Below are positions 1 through 9,123 of a stretch of 64,000 bases of DNA, in pieces. The stretch comes from Candidatus Paceibacter sp. GTDB lineage: Bacteria > Patescibacteriota > Minisyncoccia > UBA6257 > JAGOQP01. The stretch covers positions 1,431 through 65,430 of the forward strand of contig DYGB01000003.1 in the NCBI GenBank assembly GCA_020724905.1, given 5' to 3'. Each line of letters starts with the position of its first letter. The stretch's first letter is position 1. The notes beneath the pieces are model-generated. The model had not been told where the DNA came from. It was given only the letters and a program-made list of their open reading frames with translations, and made no database searches. Both the position numbers and the translations under genes were made by a program.

Positions 1-509
1 AGAAAGAGGGTGTGGTGTTGTTTTGAGATTGGTGAGAGAACAAGATCAAGAGCTTTTTTTCGTGGAATATCTTGTGGTTGAATACCAATACGAATACGAT
101 AAAAGGCATTTGTTTGTAGCATCTGTATAATAGAAGAAACACCATTGTGCCCCGCATCACTCTTTTCAAATGATATTTTATATTCTCCAAGTGCAATATC
201 ATGATCATCATGAATAACAACAAGGTGATCGGGAGAAAACGAGAAAAAGGAGAGGGCACGAGCAAGAGGCTCTCCTGAAGTGTTCATGTAGGAGTTATTT
301 TTTATCAATATTCTGTTATGAGAACATTCCCAAGCAGATACACGATGCTTTGAGGGGAGAGACTTTTTACGAATATGTTCACTATGTGTTTCAAGAATAT
401 AATCAATACAAAGGAACCCTATATTATGATAGGTGTTGGTATAGAGAGGGTCATCATTTCCAATACCAGCAATGATAATTGGTTCTTGAGAGGCTAGAAG
501 TGGGTGCAT
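1..509 (-). CDS. pth: peptidyl-tRNA hydrolase (3' end outside window)
   Basis: Manual minus-strand translation from ATG 509: IIAGIGN..YHNIGF, YMNTSG, VIHDDHD, AGHNG, RIRIGI motifs; absent from ORF track because truncated. Confidence 0.9.
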   Translation of the reverse strand, partial: MHPLLASQEPIIIAGIGNDDPLYTNTYHNIGFLCIDYILETHSEHIRKKSLPSKHRVSAWECSHNRILIKNNSYMNTSGEPLARALSFFSFSPDHLVVIHDDHDIALGEYKISFEKSDAGHNGVSSIIQMLQTNAFYRIRIGIQPQDIPRKKALDLVLSPISKQHHTLF

Positions 510-561
510 TTGATTTTTACTCATATTCTCTGTAATATTACCACAAAATCCCAAAACAACT

Positions 562-1119
562 ATGAAAAAGTTTATTCACGCAGTATGGGAGGTTGCTGAA
601 GTCTTTATTATTGCATTTATTGCAGTGGCGGCAATCAAATACTTTCTTATACAACCCTTTATTGTTAATGGAGCAAGTATGGAGCCCTCATTTTATGATG
701 GTGATTACTTACTCGTTGATGAAATTAGTTATCGATTCTCAGATCCTCAAAGAGGGGATGTAGTGGTGTTTCATTCCCCAGATGATTCTTCTATCTACTA
801 TATTAAACGTATTATTGGGCTTCCTGGAGAAACCCTACAGATACAAGGAAATGATATTGATGTGTACAAGGACACAGAAAAACTTCTCACCCTTAATGAG
901 GTCTATATTCCAGAACGTATTCAGGCACAGTGGTCTGCTGATATGGAGATTACCCTTGGAGAGGAAGAATACTTCGTTATGGGAGATAATCGTGTGAATA
1001 GTAGGGATTCTCGATCGTGGGGCCCACTGCATGAAGAAAGTATTATTGGACTGGTCAAGGTTCGTCTCTGGCCATTTTCTCACGTCACATTTTTTAACAC
1101 TCCTTCCTATGCCTATTAA
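562..1119 (+). CDS. lepB: signal peptidase I
   Basis: GASMEPS catalytic Ser, YIKRIIGLPGE catalytic Lys, MGDNRVNSRDSR. Confidence 0.95.
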   Translation: MKKFIHAVWEVAEVFIIAFIAVAAIKYFLIQPFIVNGASMEPSFYDGDYLLVDEISYRFSDPQRGDVVVFHSPDDSSIYYIKRIIGLPGETLQIQGNDIDVYKDTEKLLTLNEVYIPERIQAQWSADMEITLGEEEYFVMGDNRVNSRDSRSWGPLHEESIIGLVKVRLWPFSHVTFFNTPSYAY

Positions 1120-2440
1120 AATTCCAAAGGCACAAAAAAAGAAAGAAAAAAAGGTATCATCACGGAAAAAGTTTCTCTTTTCCTCTCCTCGAGGAATGCA
1201 TGATTTATTCAAAAAAGATTTTGAGTATCGAGATAAAATAGAACAAGCAACAAAAAAAGTAGCTTCCTTTTATGGATTTGATCGGATAGAAACACCAATA
1301 CTTGAAGATGCAAAAATATTTGAGCGAGGGACAGGGTTGAGTTCTGAGGTGGTTTCAAAACAGATGTTCTATGCAAAGTCTCGAGGAAGTGAGGGGAGGC
1401 TTGCGCTTCGTCCTGAAATGACCCCTGGAGTACTTCGTGCCTATATACAAAAAGGACTTCAACAGGTACTTGTTCCCGGGAAGTTTTTCTACATCAGTCC
1501 TTTATTTCGATATGAACGTCCACAAGCAGGACGATTTCGTCAATTCTGGCAACTTGGATTTGAGGTGATACAGAGCCCTCAGGCTATTTATGATGCTCAG
1601 ATTATTATCGCGACATACAAAATATGTCAGGAATTACATATCAAAAATCCTATCATCAAGATTAACAGTATTGGAGGAAGATTGAGCAGAAATGGATATA
1701 TAAAGAAGCTCAAAGACTACTATCGAGGAAAAACAACAAAGATGTGTAAGGATTGTCAGAAACGATATAAAGACAATCCACTGCGTATGCTTGATTGTAA
1801 GAATGAACGATGTCAGGTATTTAAAGATGAAGCCCCACAAGCAATAGATGCTCTTGTTGGAGAGGATAGGAATCACTTCAAACAGGTACTTGAGTATCTT
1901 GATGAGGTTGAAATTCCCTACCTTATTGATCACGCATTAGTACGAGGTCTTGATTACTACACACGAACCGTATTTGAAATATTTAGTGAAAACTATGACG
2001 CTGCTCTTGGAGGAGGAGGTCGCTATGACTACCTTTCTGAGACACTTGGGGGTCCAAAGATGGCAGGGGTTGGTTCTGCGATGGGGATAGAGCGTATTAT
2101 TGATATCCTCAAAGAACAAGAAAAACCACGAAAGACATCACAAAAAAGACAAGGAATTTTTCTGGTACAGATGGGTCAGGAAGCAAAGAAACGATCCTTA
2201 AGAATTCTTGAACTGTTGTATGAAGCAAGAATTCCGATAAAAGAATCATTTACAAAAGATTCTATGAAAGCGCAACTGAAGGCAGCTGATAAAGAAGGGT
2301 CTCGATTTGCGCTTATTTTAGGGCAACGAGAAGTTTTTGAAGATACAATACTACTTCGTGATATGAAAACGGGAAATCAAGAAGTGGTTGCCTGTGAAAA
2401 GCTTGTATCCGAAGTGAAAAAAAGATTGAAAAAGAAATAG
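1109..2440 (+). CDS. hisS: histidine--tRNA ligase
   Basis: PRGMHD, LRPEMT, FRYERPQAGRFRQF, LVRGLDYYTRTVFE, GGGRYD; start moved to ATG 1109. Confidence 0.97.
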   Translation: MPIKIPKAQKKKEKKVSSRKKFLFSSPRGMHDLFKKDFEYRDKIEQATKKVASFYGFDRIETPILEDAKIFERGTGLSSEVVSKQMFYAKSRGSEGRLALRPEMTPGVLRAYIQKGLQQVLVPGKFFYISPLFRYERPQAGRFRQFWQLGFEVIQSPQAIYDAQIIIATYKICQELHIKNPIIKINSIGGRLSRNGYIKKLKDYYRGKTTKMCKDCQKRYKDNPLRMLDCKNERCQVFKDEAPQAIDALVGEDRNHFKQVLEYLDEVEIPYLIDHALVRGLDYYTRTVFEIFSENYDAALGGGGRYDYLSETLGGPKMAGVGSAMGIERIIDILKEQEKPRKTSQKRQGIFLVQMGQEAKKRSLRILELLYEARIPIKESFTKDSMKAQLKAADKEGSRFALILGQREVFEDTILLRDMKTGNQEVVACEKLVSEVKKRLKKK

Positions 2441-2441
2441 T

Positions 2442-2852
2442 ATGGATTGTTTGTTTTGTAATATCATTAAAGGAGATATTCCTGCATATACGATTCATTC
2501 AGATGCATCAAGTATCGCATTTCTAGATATTCATCCACAGTCTTTAGGGCATACTGTTATTATTCCTCCTCGTCACATGGAAACAGTTCTTGATATGGAG
2601 GAGTCTGAAGTCGAAGGGTACTGGAAGGGAGTGAAAAAGACGCTAAGTATTCTTAAAGAGCATCTGAAGGCAGATGGATTTACAATTGGAATCAATCATG
2701 GTAAGGTAAGCGGACAATCTATCAACCATCTTCATTGTCATATCATTCCTCGCTATGAAGGAGATAGGGGAGGATCGATACATAGTGTAGTATCATATCC
2801 TTCCAATGAAACGGTTGAGGATCTGTATCAAAGAATAATTACACATATATGA
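2442..2852 (+). CDS. HIT family nucleotide hydrolase
   Basis: DCLFCNII N-terminus and HLHCHIIPR histidine triad. Confidence 0.93.
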   Translation: MDCLFCNIIKGDIPAYTIHSDASSIAFLDIHPQSLGHTVIIPPRHMETVLDMEESEVEGYWKGVKKTLSILKEHLKADGFTIGINHGKVSGQSINHLHCHIIPRYEGDRGGSIHSVVSYPSNETVEDLYQRIITHI

Positions 2853-3058
2853 TTGAAGTAAAAAGAAAAGAGGGAGAATCTTCAAATGCATTCCTGTATC
2901 GTTTTACAAAGAAAATACAACAATCAGGACTCTTAAAAGAAGCTCGTCGAAAACGATTTCATCTTCGAAAGGAGAATAAGAGAGCAAAGAAAGAAGCAAC
3001 ACTCTATCGCATTGATAAGAAGCAAGAGATCGATCGATTGAGAAAGTTAGGACGATAA
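2849..3058 (+). CDS. rpsU: 30S ribosomal protein S21
   Basis: IEVKRKEGES..LYRF.KKIQQSGLLKEAR; upstream of yqeY as usual. Confidence 0.85.
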   Translation: MIEVKRKEGESSNAFLYRFTKKIQQSGLLKEARRKRFHLRKENKRAKKEATLYRIDKKQEIDRLRKLGR

Positions 3059-3061
3059 CCT

Positions 3062-3517
3062 ATGGAGCATATTGAAGCGTATCTGGAAGAAACCCTCAAG
3101 ATAGCCCTTAAAGAACACGACAGCCACACAGCTGAGATTGTTCGTGGGCTTCGTTCTGTTATTCATAATGCAAGGATTGAGGCGCGAGAGAGAGGGGGTG
3201 AGATAGAAGACAGTGATATTATTGTCTTACTGAAGCGTGAACTTAAAAAGAGACATGAGTCAGCAGAGATGTTTGAAAAAGGTGGTGCAACAGAGCGGGC
3301 AGAAAAAGAGAAAAAGGAAGCAGTCTTTATTGAAACATTACTTCCTCCACAGCTTTCTCAAGAAGCACTTGAAGCTATTGTGCAGACAGTTCTACAAGAA
3401 CATCCTGACGCAACACAAAAAGATATGGGTATGCTTATAAAAGCAGTACTAGAGAAAGCAGAGGATGGAGCTGATGGAAAACGTGTTAGTGAAATGGTAA
3501 AAAACCATCTCTCATAA
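3062..3517 (+). CDS. GatB/YqeY domain protein
   Basis: KRELKKRHESAEMFEKGG, LPPQLS, KDMG, ADGKRVS. Confidence 0.9.
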   Translation: MEHIEAYLEETLKIALKEHDSHTAEIVRGLRSVIHNARIEARERGGEIEDSDIIVLLKRELKKRHESAEMFEKGGATERAEKEKKEAVFIETLLPPQLSQEALEAIVQTVLQEHPDATQKDMGMLIKAVLEKAEDGADGKRVSEMVKNHLS

Positions 3518-3521
3518 TGTT

Positions 3522-3935
3522 ATGGGAAATATCATAGAAGTGTATACTCAGAAAAAAGAGTATGAGCGTGAAATTCCTACAGCAAAAAAATATATAACAG
3601 CGCTGTTTCAATATTTCCACATAAAGAACGCACATCTTGCGCTCTTTTTTGTTTCTCCTCAAAAAATGAGGGTGTTAAATAGGAAGTTTCGAGGGAAAGA
3701 TAAGACAACAAATGTCCTTACCTTTGTAGAGCCATCTGATTTTATCCATTCTTCAAAAAGAACACATCTGGGGGAACTCTATATAAATCTTGAGTATATA
3801 AAAAAACACAACCAATCGTTAGTACACATGATTGTACATGGATTTCTTCATATACAGGGGTATGACCACAAGAACGATAAAGAAGAAAAGGAGATGGTGA
3901 CAAAGGAGGGGGAAGTCTTGACTTTTATTGGGTAA
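3522..3935 (+). CDS. ybeY: rRNA maturation RNase YbeY
   Basis: LNRKFRGKDKTTNVLTF and HGFLHIQGYDH metal motif. Confidence 0.93.
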   Translation: MGNIIEVYTQKKEYEREIPTAKKYITALFQYFHIKNAHLALFFVSPQKMRVLNRKFRGKDKTTNVLTFVEPSDFIHSSKRTHLGELYINLEYIKKHNQSLVHMIVHGFLHIQGYDHKNDKEEKEMVTKEGEVLTFIG

Positions 3936-3946
3936 TATAGTATAAT
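3918..3946 (+). promoter_or_regulatory. sigma70-type promoter of DGR target gene
   Basis: TTGACT-17 nt-TATAAT. Confidence 0.75.
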
Positions 3947-4029
3947 ACTATTGTGAACATTAACATTCTACTTAGAGCCTTTGAAAAAGAGTAAAGGGTA
4001 GAGAGTAGAAAAATAAAAGGAGCTATATC

Positions 4030-4674
4030 ATGAAAAAATCAGCAATGATTTCAGGAATGAATTTCGGAAGTGAATTTTTAACAAGTCTGTATAAATCTGT
4101 CTTAAAGGCAGGTGGTACAGAGGAAGACATCTACAACAAGTGCAAAACAGGGAGCTCATTGTTTGAAAAATGGGCAAAGGATATTGTAGAAAACAAAAAA
4201 TCCTATCAACACCTCACAGTCATTGACCAAAATATCCAAATTCCCAAAGCAACCTTCAACAAAGATGAATTCTTCTCTCAAAAATTCATCTGGATGTCAC
4301 CTTCATTTCAGAAAGATATTCTTCCTGAAATAGAACAAGAAATTACTTCTGCTGACTACACCCTTACCTCTCTTAAACTCAACCATCCTCTTTCTAATCA
4401 CGAAATCAGAAAAGACCTTGGAGAAGATGAGGTAGTATCACCTCATCAATGGGCACAAGAACAGTGTGCATTGATAAATACACAATCCCAAGGAAAACCC
4501 GGTTCACTGCTTGTTAACGGATATGCAAATATTCGTTACGTACAACTCAGTAATGGAACAACCCTTGCTGTGTTCGTGCTCTGGGATGCGAATGCTCGCC
4601 AGTGGGACTGCGACACGTGGGAGTTGGACGATGATGGTTGGGATACCGAGTTCAGATTTTTGGCTAGGAGCTAG
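4030..4674 (+). CDS. DGR target protein with C-terminal variable region (CLec-like fold inferred)
   Basis: Last ~35 codons are the VR; ends W...FRFLARS like the terminal R-hydrophobic motif of DGR targets. Confidence 0.9.
   Translation: MKKSAMISGMNFGSEFLTSLYKSVLKAGGTEEDIYNKCKTGSSLFEKWAKDIVENKKSYQHLTVIDQNIQIPKATFNKDEFFSQKFIWMSPSFQKDILPEIEQEITSADYTLTSLKLNHPLSNHEIRKDLGEDEVVSPHQWAQEQCALINTQSQGKPGSLLVNGYANIRYVQLSNGTTLAVFVLWDANARQWDCDTWELDDDGWDTEFRFLARS
4565..4667 (+). repeat. DGR variable repeat (VR)
   Basis: 103-nt ungapped match to 4999-5101 with 15 mismatches, all opposite A in TR. Confidence 0.97.
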
Positions 4675-4732
4675 TTCTTAATCTTATCTCCTTATATCCT
4701 TTTCTTGCTTTTTCTCTTTTCCCCTTTTTCTT

Positions 4733-4762
4733 ATTCCCTCTTTTCATATGAAAAGAGGGAAT
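4733..4762. other. perfect 30-bp palindrome downstream of VR (DGR cis-acting hairpin and/or terminator)
   Basis: ATTCCCTCTTTTCATATGAAAAGAGGGAAT is its own reverse complement; follows a pyrimidine-rich tract. Confidence 0.7.
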
Positions 4763-4998
4763 TTTAATATATACTTAAATTAAGATTTTTAACATTGTTT
4801 TGGTTACGACTAATACAGGAGATCTTCTTGTAAATATATACTGAGATTTTTAACGGACATGTCTGTTAAAAGGGTAGATGTATGTACATGTAAAAAATAA
4901 AACTAGCTCGTACATAATTCTAATGAGTAAAAAAACTCAGCATACGATACAACAATGAGAACATTCGAATTGTGGTGAAAAGGAGGGGATTATGTATT

Positions 4999-5101
4999 TT
5001 GCTGTGAACGTGAACTGGAATGCGAATGATCACCAGTGGAACTGCAACACGTGGAAGTTGGACGATAATGATTGGAATACCGAGAACAGATTTTTGGCTA
5101 G
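4999..5101 (+). repeat. DGR template repeat (TR)
   Basis: Nine AAC/AAT codons in the VR frame; adenines at every VR mismatch. Confidence 0.97.
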
Positions 5102-5110
5102 ACGCTTGTT

Positions 5111-5490
5111 TTATTCCTCTCTTCTTCTTTGAAGGGAGGTTTTTGTTTTTCTACTCCATCCATAGAGCATTCTTCCAATCTCAAGAAGTTGTTCTGAAAG
5201 GTGTGTGTACAAAGAATGAGATATGCATTTTTCTTCCCAGGCAAGCTGGAGAAAGAATTTTAGTGTATCGAGTGTTGCAAGGGCAGATTCAATTGTGGCT
5301 AGCTTATCTTGAGGTGGAAGATGAAGAGATATAAATATGGATTCTAATAAATTTAGAAAAGAGTTCTCTATTCTACTTCCAAGTGTATAACGATAGACCT
5401 TTGGAAAATTTTTAAAACATAAAAACCATGCGCTGTATGCATGTTTTGTCTTATATATGATAGACGGTTCTTGCGGGGGGGGGTATTCAT
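5111..5490 (-). CDS. avd: DGR accessory protein Avd, frameshifted from its ATG at a G9 tract
   Basis: Minus frame 5473-5111 is open for 120 codons: ...NFPKVYRYTLGSRIE...LDTLKFFLQLAWEEK...LLEIGRMLYGW; ATG at 5490 would be in frame with G10 or G7. Confidence 0.85.
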
Positions 5491-6481
5491 GGAAATATTA
5501 CACAATATGTTTAATAGTATAACGTCTCTTGAAAATATATTGCAGGCGTGGTCTGAGTTTAGCAAAGGAAAAAGGAAGAGGAAAGACGTTCAAGAATTTT
5601 CAGTAACATTATTTGATAATATATTTCTTCTTCATAAAGACCTTGTGAATCAAAGGTATGCACATGGTCCATATGAACATTTTAGAATATGTGATCCAAA
5701 ACCAAGGGATATTCATAAGGCTTCTGTAAGGGATCGTATTGTTCATAGAGCTGTATACAGAATTCTGTATCCATATTTTGATAAAACATTTATTTCTGAT
5801 TCGTATTCATGTAGAAATAAAAAAGGGACACACAAGGCTTTAAGACAATTTGAGTCGTATGTGAATAAGGTTACAAAAAATAACACAAAACAATGCTGGG
5901 TTTTGAAATGTGATATAAGAAAATTCTTTGCAACAATTGACCATAAAATTCTTTTAAACATAATACGCAGAGATAGTATTGATGAAAAAACTATGATGAT
6001 ATGTGGGGAGATTATTAAGAGCTTTTCGTATTATTCTGGGAAAGGGCTCCCGCTTGGAAATTTAACATCACAACTGTTTTCTAATATCTATATGAATGAG
6101 TTGGATAAATGTATAAAACATATCCTTAAAATAAAATATTACATTCGATATGCTGATGATTTTATTATTTTAGATAATGACTATAAAAAACTAGAATACA
6201 TAGTGAATGAGATTCAATCGTTTCTTTTAAAAGATCTTAGGTTAGAGTTACATCCTCAAAAGATCTTTATAAAAACTATTTATTCGGGAGTGGATTTTCT
6301 CGGGTGGGTTCATTTTGTTGATCATCGAGTTCTACGCACAAGTACAAAAAGAAGAATGTTTTCAAACACAAGAAATAACAATAAAAAAGAATCATACTAT
6401 TCATATAAAGGGCTTCTTTCTCACGGGAATGCATATAAACTTGCAAGAGAACTAGAGAGGATAAAAGATAATCCCCTATAA
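5489..6481 (+). CDS. DGR reverse transcriptase
   Basis: RDRIVH, KCDIRKFF, GLPLGNLTSQLFSNIY, YIRYADD, GVDFLG; likely start ATG 5489 (track start 5441). Confidence 0.96.
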   Translation: MEILHNMFNSITSLENILQAWSEFSKGKRKRKDVQEFSVTLFDNIFLLHKDLVNQRYAHGPYEHFRICDPKPRDIHKASVRDRIVHRAVYRILYPYFDKTFISDSYSCRNKKGTHKALRQFESYVNKVTKNNTKQCWVLKCDIRKFFATIDHKILLNIIRRDSIDEKTMMICGEIIKSFSYYSGKGLPLGNLTSQLFSNIYMNELDKCIKHILKIKYYIRYADDFIILDNDYKKLEYIVNEIQSFLLKDLRLELHPQKIFIKTIYSGVDFLGWVHFVDHRVLRTSTKRRMFSNTRNNNKKESYYSYKGLLSHGNAYKLARELERIKDNPL

Positions 6482-6550
6482 TTTGCTCTTGACCCATTTT
6501 TCCTTTAGAATGGAGTACACAGAGTAACGAGATTCTTTCTATTTATATCT

Positions 6551-7813
6551 ATGTTTATTACCGCACTTGACTTAGGATCATCCACGATAAAAGGGGTTAT
6601 TGCCCAACAGAGAAAAGATGGTTCTGTTGTGTTTGTAAAGACGATAAAGAAGGAATCAAAGGGAATAAAGAGGGGAGATATTCAGTATCCAAATGAAACA
6701 GTAAAAGCACTCTCTGATGTCCTTAACGAAATTCGTCATTTTGAAAAGAAAGCTCTTAAGAATCTTGTGATAGGACTTTCTAGTACAAAAACTGGATTTC
6801 ATCTTTCTCGTGCTGCCGTTTCAATTCCTCGTCCTGATTTTGAAATTATTCAAGAAGATGTAGAACGAGTACTTCAAGAATCAACTGCAGTTAATATTCC
6901 TCCAGGATGGCAGATTCTTCACTCACTTCCTCGTGAGTTTGTTATCGATGGTATTGAAGTTGATGATACTGATGTGGTGGGACTTTCAGGGAAAAAACTA
7001 GAAGTGAATGTTGTTCTTATTACTGCATTTTCTTCAGTGTATAAAAACTTTCTTAAAGTATCCCAACTTCTTTTTGGAAAGAAGGCAGGACTTGCAGGAA
7101 CATTGGTATTCACTCCTCTTGCTTCAGAACGTGCTGTACTCACAAAGAATCAGCGAGAACTTGGTGTTGCAATGGTTGATATTGGATTTGGGACAACAAG
7201 TATTGTGGTATATCAAGATGGAAGAATGTTGCTTTCAAAAGTACTCCCTATTGGGGCAGGAAATATCACCAATGATATAGCGATTGGATTGAAATGTTCA
7301 GTATCTGTTGCTGAGAAGATAAAGCGCTCATATGGATGTGCGTATGCTCGGGATATTTCAGTAAAAGAGAAAATTGATCTATCTGAATATGATGAAAATC
7401 TGTCATCAAATATATCACGACGATATGTTGCTGAAATTATCGAAGCACGGGTACGAGAGATTTTTTCCCTTGTTGATGCTGAACTAAAAGGAATAGCAAA
7501 AGCAGGAAAGCTCCCAGCAGGAGCAGTACTGGTTGGGGGAGGGGCTCGTCTTTCAGGTATCGTTGATATTGCACGAGATGAACTAAGGTTCCCTGCACAG
7601 GTTGGATTTCCTAATACTGAAGAATATGAAACGTCTCATGGGAGCGTTGCTGACAATCTTGATGCCCCTGAAATGGTGGGAGCATGCGGTCTTATTTTCA
7701 CCAAAACTGATACGACATCAAAGCACAGACCATCAATATTTCCTTCACAACAGAAGGAGGAATATGGATCGTGGATTAAAAAAATCTTTGCTATAGTAAA
7801 AGCATCTGAATAA
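6551..7813 (+). CDS. ftsA: cell division protein FtsA
   Basis: LDLGSSTI, VDIGFGTTS, GAGNITNDIA, LVGGGA; precedes ftsZ. Confidence 0.96.
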   Translation: MFITALDLGSSTIKGVIAQQRKDGSVVFVKTIKKESKGIKRGDIQYPNETVKALSDVLNEIRHFEKKALKNLVIGLSSTKTGFHLSRAAVSIPRPDFEIIQEDVERVLQESTAVNIPPGWQILHSLPREFVIDGIEVDDTDVVGLSGKKLEVNVVLITAFSSVYKNFLKVSQLLFGKKAGLAGTLVFTPLASERAVLTKNQRELGVAMVDIGFGTTSIVVYQDGRMLLSKVLPIGAGNITNDIAIGLKCSVSVAEKIKRSYGCAYARDISVKEKIDLSEYDENLSSNISRRYVAEIIEARVREIFSLVDAELKGIAKAGKLPAGAVLVGGGARLSGIVDIARDELRFPAQVGFPNTEEYETSHGSVADNLDAPEMVGACGLIFTKTDTTSKHRPSIFPSQQKEEYGSWIKKIFAIVKASE

Positions 7814-7818
7814 TACCT

Positions 7819-9102
7819 ATGCCAACACAAAAGAAACAAAATACAATAGAAAAAAAGTCCTCTCCAAAGAAAACAACGAAGAGTATTTCAACTAAGAAAA
7901 AAAAGAACGTAGTTACAAGTAGCACAAGAAAATCCTCTTCAAAAAAGAACACACATGTTGCAAGAATAAAGGTGGTAGGAATTGGAGGAGGGGGTGGAAA
8001 TGCACTCACTCGTATGACTGATCATTTTCCTCGATCAGTTGAAATGATTGCGATTAATACAGATTTACAAGATCTCGAACAAACACAGGCACGAAAAAAG
8101 ATATATATTGGAAAACAACTCACTAAGGGACTCGGGGCTGGTATGGATCCAGAACTTGGCATGAGAGCTGCTGAAGAGAACAGAGATGATATTGCAGAGT
8201 CTCTTAAAGGAGCTGACATCGTATTCCTTACCGCAGGATTTGGAGGAGGAACAGGAAGTGGTGCAACACCTGTTGTTGCAGAAATTGCTCAAGAACTTGG
8301 CATCCTTACCGTTGCGGTAGTAACAAAACCTTTTTCATTTGAAGGTTCTCAACGAGCAACGATAGCACAAGATGCTCTAGGAAGACTCAAAGACAGAGTT
8401 GATGCCTACATTACCGTATCAAACGATAAGATCTTTTCTGTTATCAATAAAGAGACCTCTCTGAAAAAAGCCTTTGAAGCAATTGATGATGTATTACAAA
8501 ATGCAGTCCTTGGAGTGACTGAGATTATTATTACCCCAGGCATTATTAACGTAGATTTCGCTGATGTTCGTGCCATTATGCAGGGAGCAGGACCTTCCAT
8601 TATTGGTCTGGGGGTTGGGTCAGGAAAAGAACGAGGTATTATGGCTGCCAATGTTGCCCTTAACTCTCCACTGCTTGAAACCACTGTTGATGGAGCAAAA
8701 GGAGTACTCTTTAGTGTTTCTGGACACAAGGATATTACCATGAATGAAATCAATGAGATTGCTCAGTCTATTGCAGAAAACGCAGATCCTTCAGCACGTA
8801 TTATCTTTGGAACGTATCATGACAGGAAGCTTTCAAAAGGAAAGATAAAGGTAACACTTATCGCTACCGGATTTGGGTCTTCGTATGGAAGAAATGTTTC
8901 TCTCTTTGGCGAACCATCATTTTCTCAAGCAACACTCTTTGGAGATGAAGGCAATGATGAAAGTGAAGATACCTACGTCCCAGAAGAACAGAAAGAAGAA
9001 TCTAGGCCAGTAATAACAAAAGATACTGAAGAGACAAGTGAAGAAGAGTTGTGGGATATTCCCGCATTTTTGAGAAAAAAGAAAGGGAAAAAGGGTAAAT
9101 AA
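7819..9102 (+). CDS. ftsZ: cell division protein FtsZ
   Basis: VGIGGGGGNA, GGGTGSG, INVDFADV, C-terminal DIPAFLR; Lys-rich N-terminal extension. Confidence 0.98.
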   Translation: MPTQKKQNTIEKKSSPKKTTKSISTKKKKNVVTSSTRKSSSKKNTHVARIKVVGIGGGGGNALTRMTDHFPRSVEMIAINTDLQDLEQTQARKKIYIGKQLTKGLGAGMDPELGMRAAEENRDDIAESLKGADIVFLTAGFGGGTGSGATPVVAEIAQELGILTVAVVTKPFSFEGSQRATIAQDALGRLKDRVDAYITVSNDKIFSVINKETSLKKAFEAIDDVLQNAVLGVTEIIITPGIINVDFADVRAIMQGAGPSIIGLGVGSGKERGIMAANVALNSPLLETTVDGAKGVLFSVSGHKDITMNEINEIAQSIAENADPSARIIFGTYHDRKLSKGKIKVTLIATGFGSSYGRNVSLFGEPSFSQATLFGDEGNDESEDTYVPEEQKEESRPVITKDTEETSEEELWDIPAFLRKKKGKKGK

Positions 9103-9123
9103 GTAACCACATAACAACAGCAT

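Larger units (their letters stand above)
4030..6481. mobile_element. diversity-generating retroelement (target+VR, hairpin, TR, antisense avd, RT)
   Basis: VR/TR pair with adenine-only mismatches, DGR-type RT and Avd-like frame, located between ybeY and ftsA. Confidence 0.96.

Noticed and set aside
5020-5334. 104-aa plus-strand ORF overlapping TR
   Set aside because: Shadow of TR and of the antisense avd frame, which carries the recognisable motifs
5368-5565. 65-aa minus-strand ORF
   Set aside because: Not a separate gene; it contains the avd ATG read in the out-of-frame (G9) state
5489-6481. RT as group II intron, retron or CRISPR-associated RT
   Set aside because: No maturase domain or intron RNA, no msr/msd, no cas genes; the SQ motif, TR/VR and avd indicate a DGR
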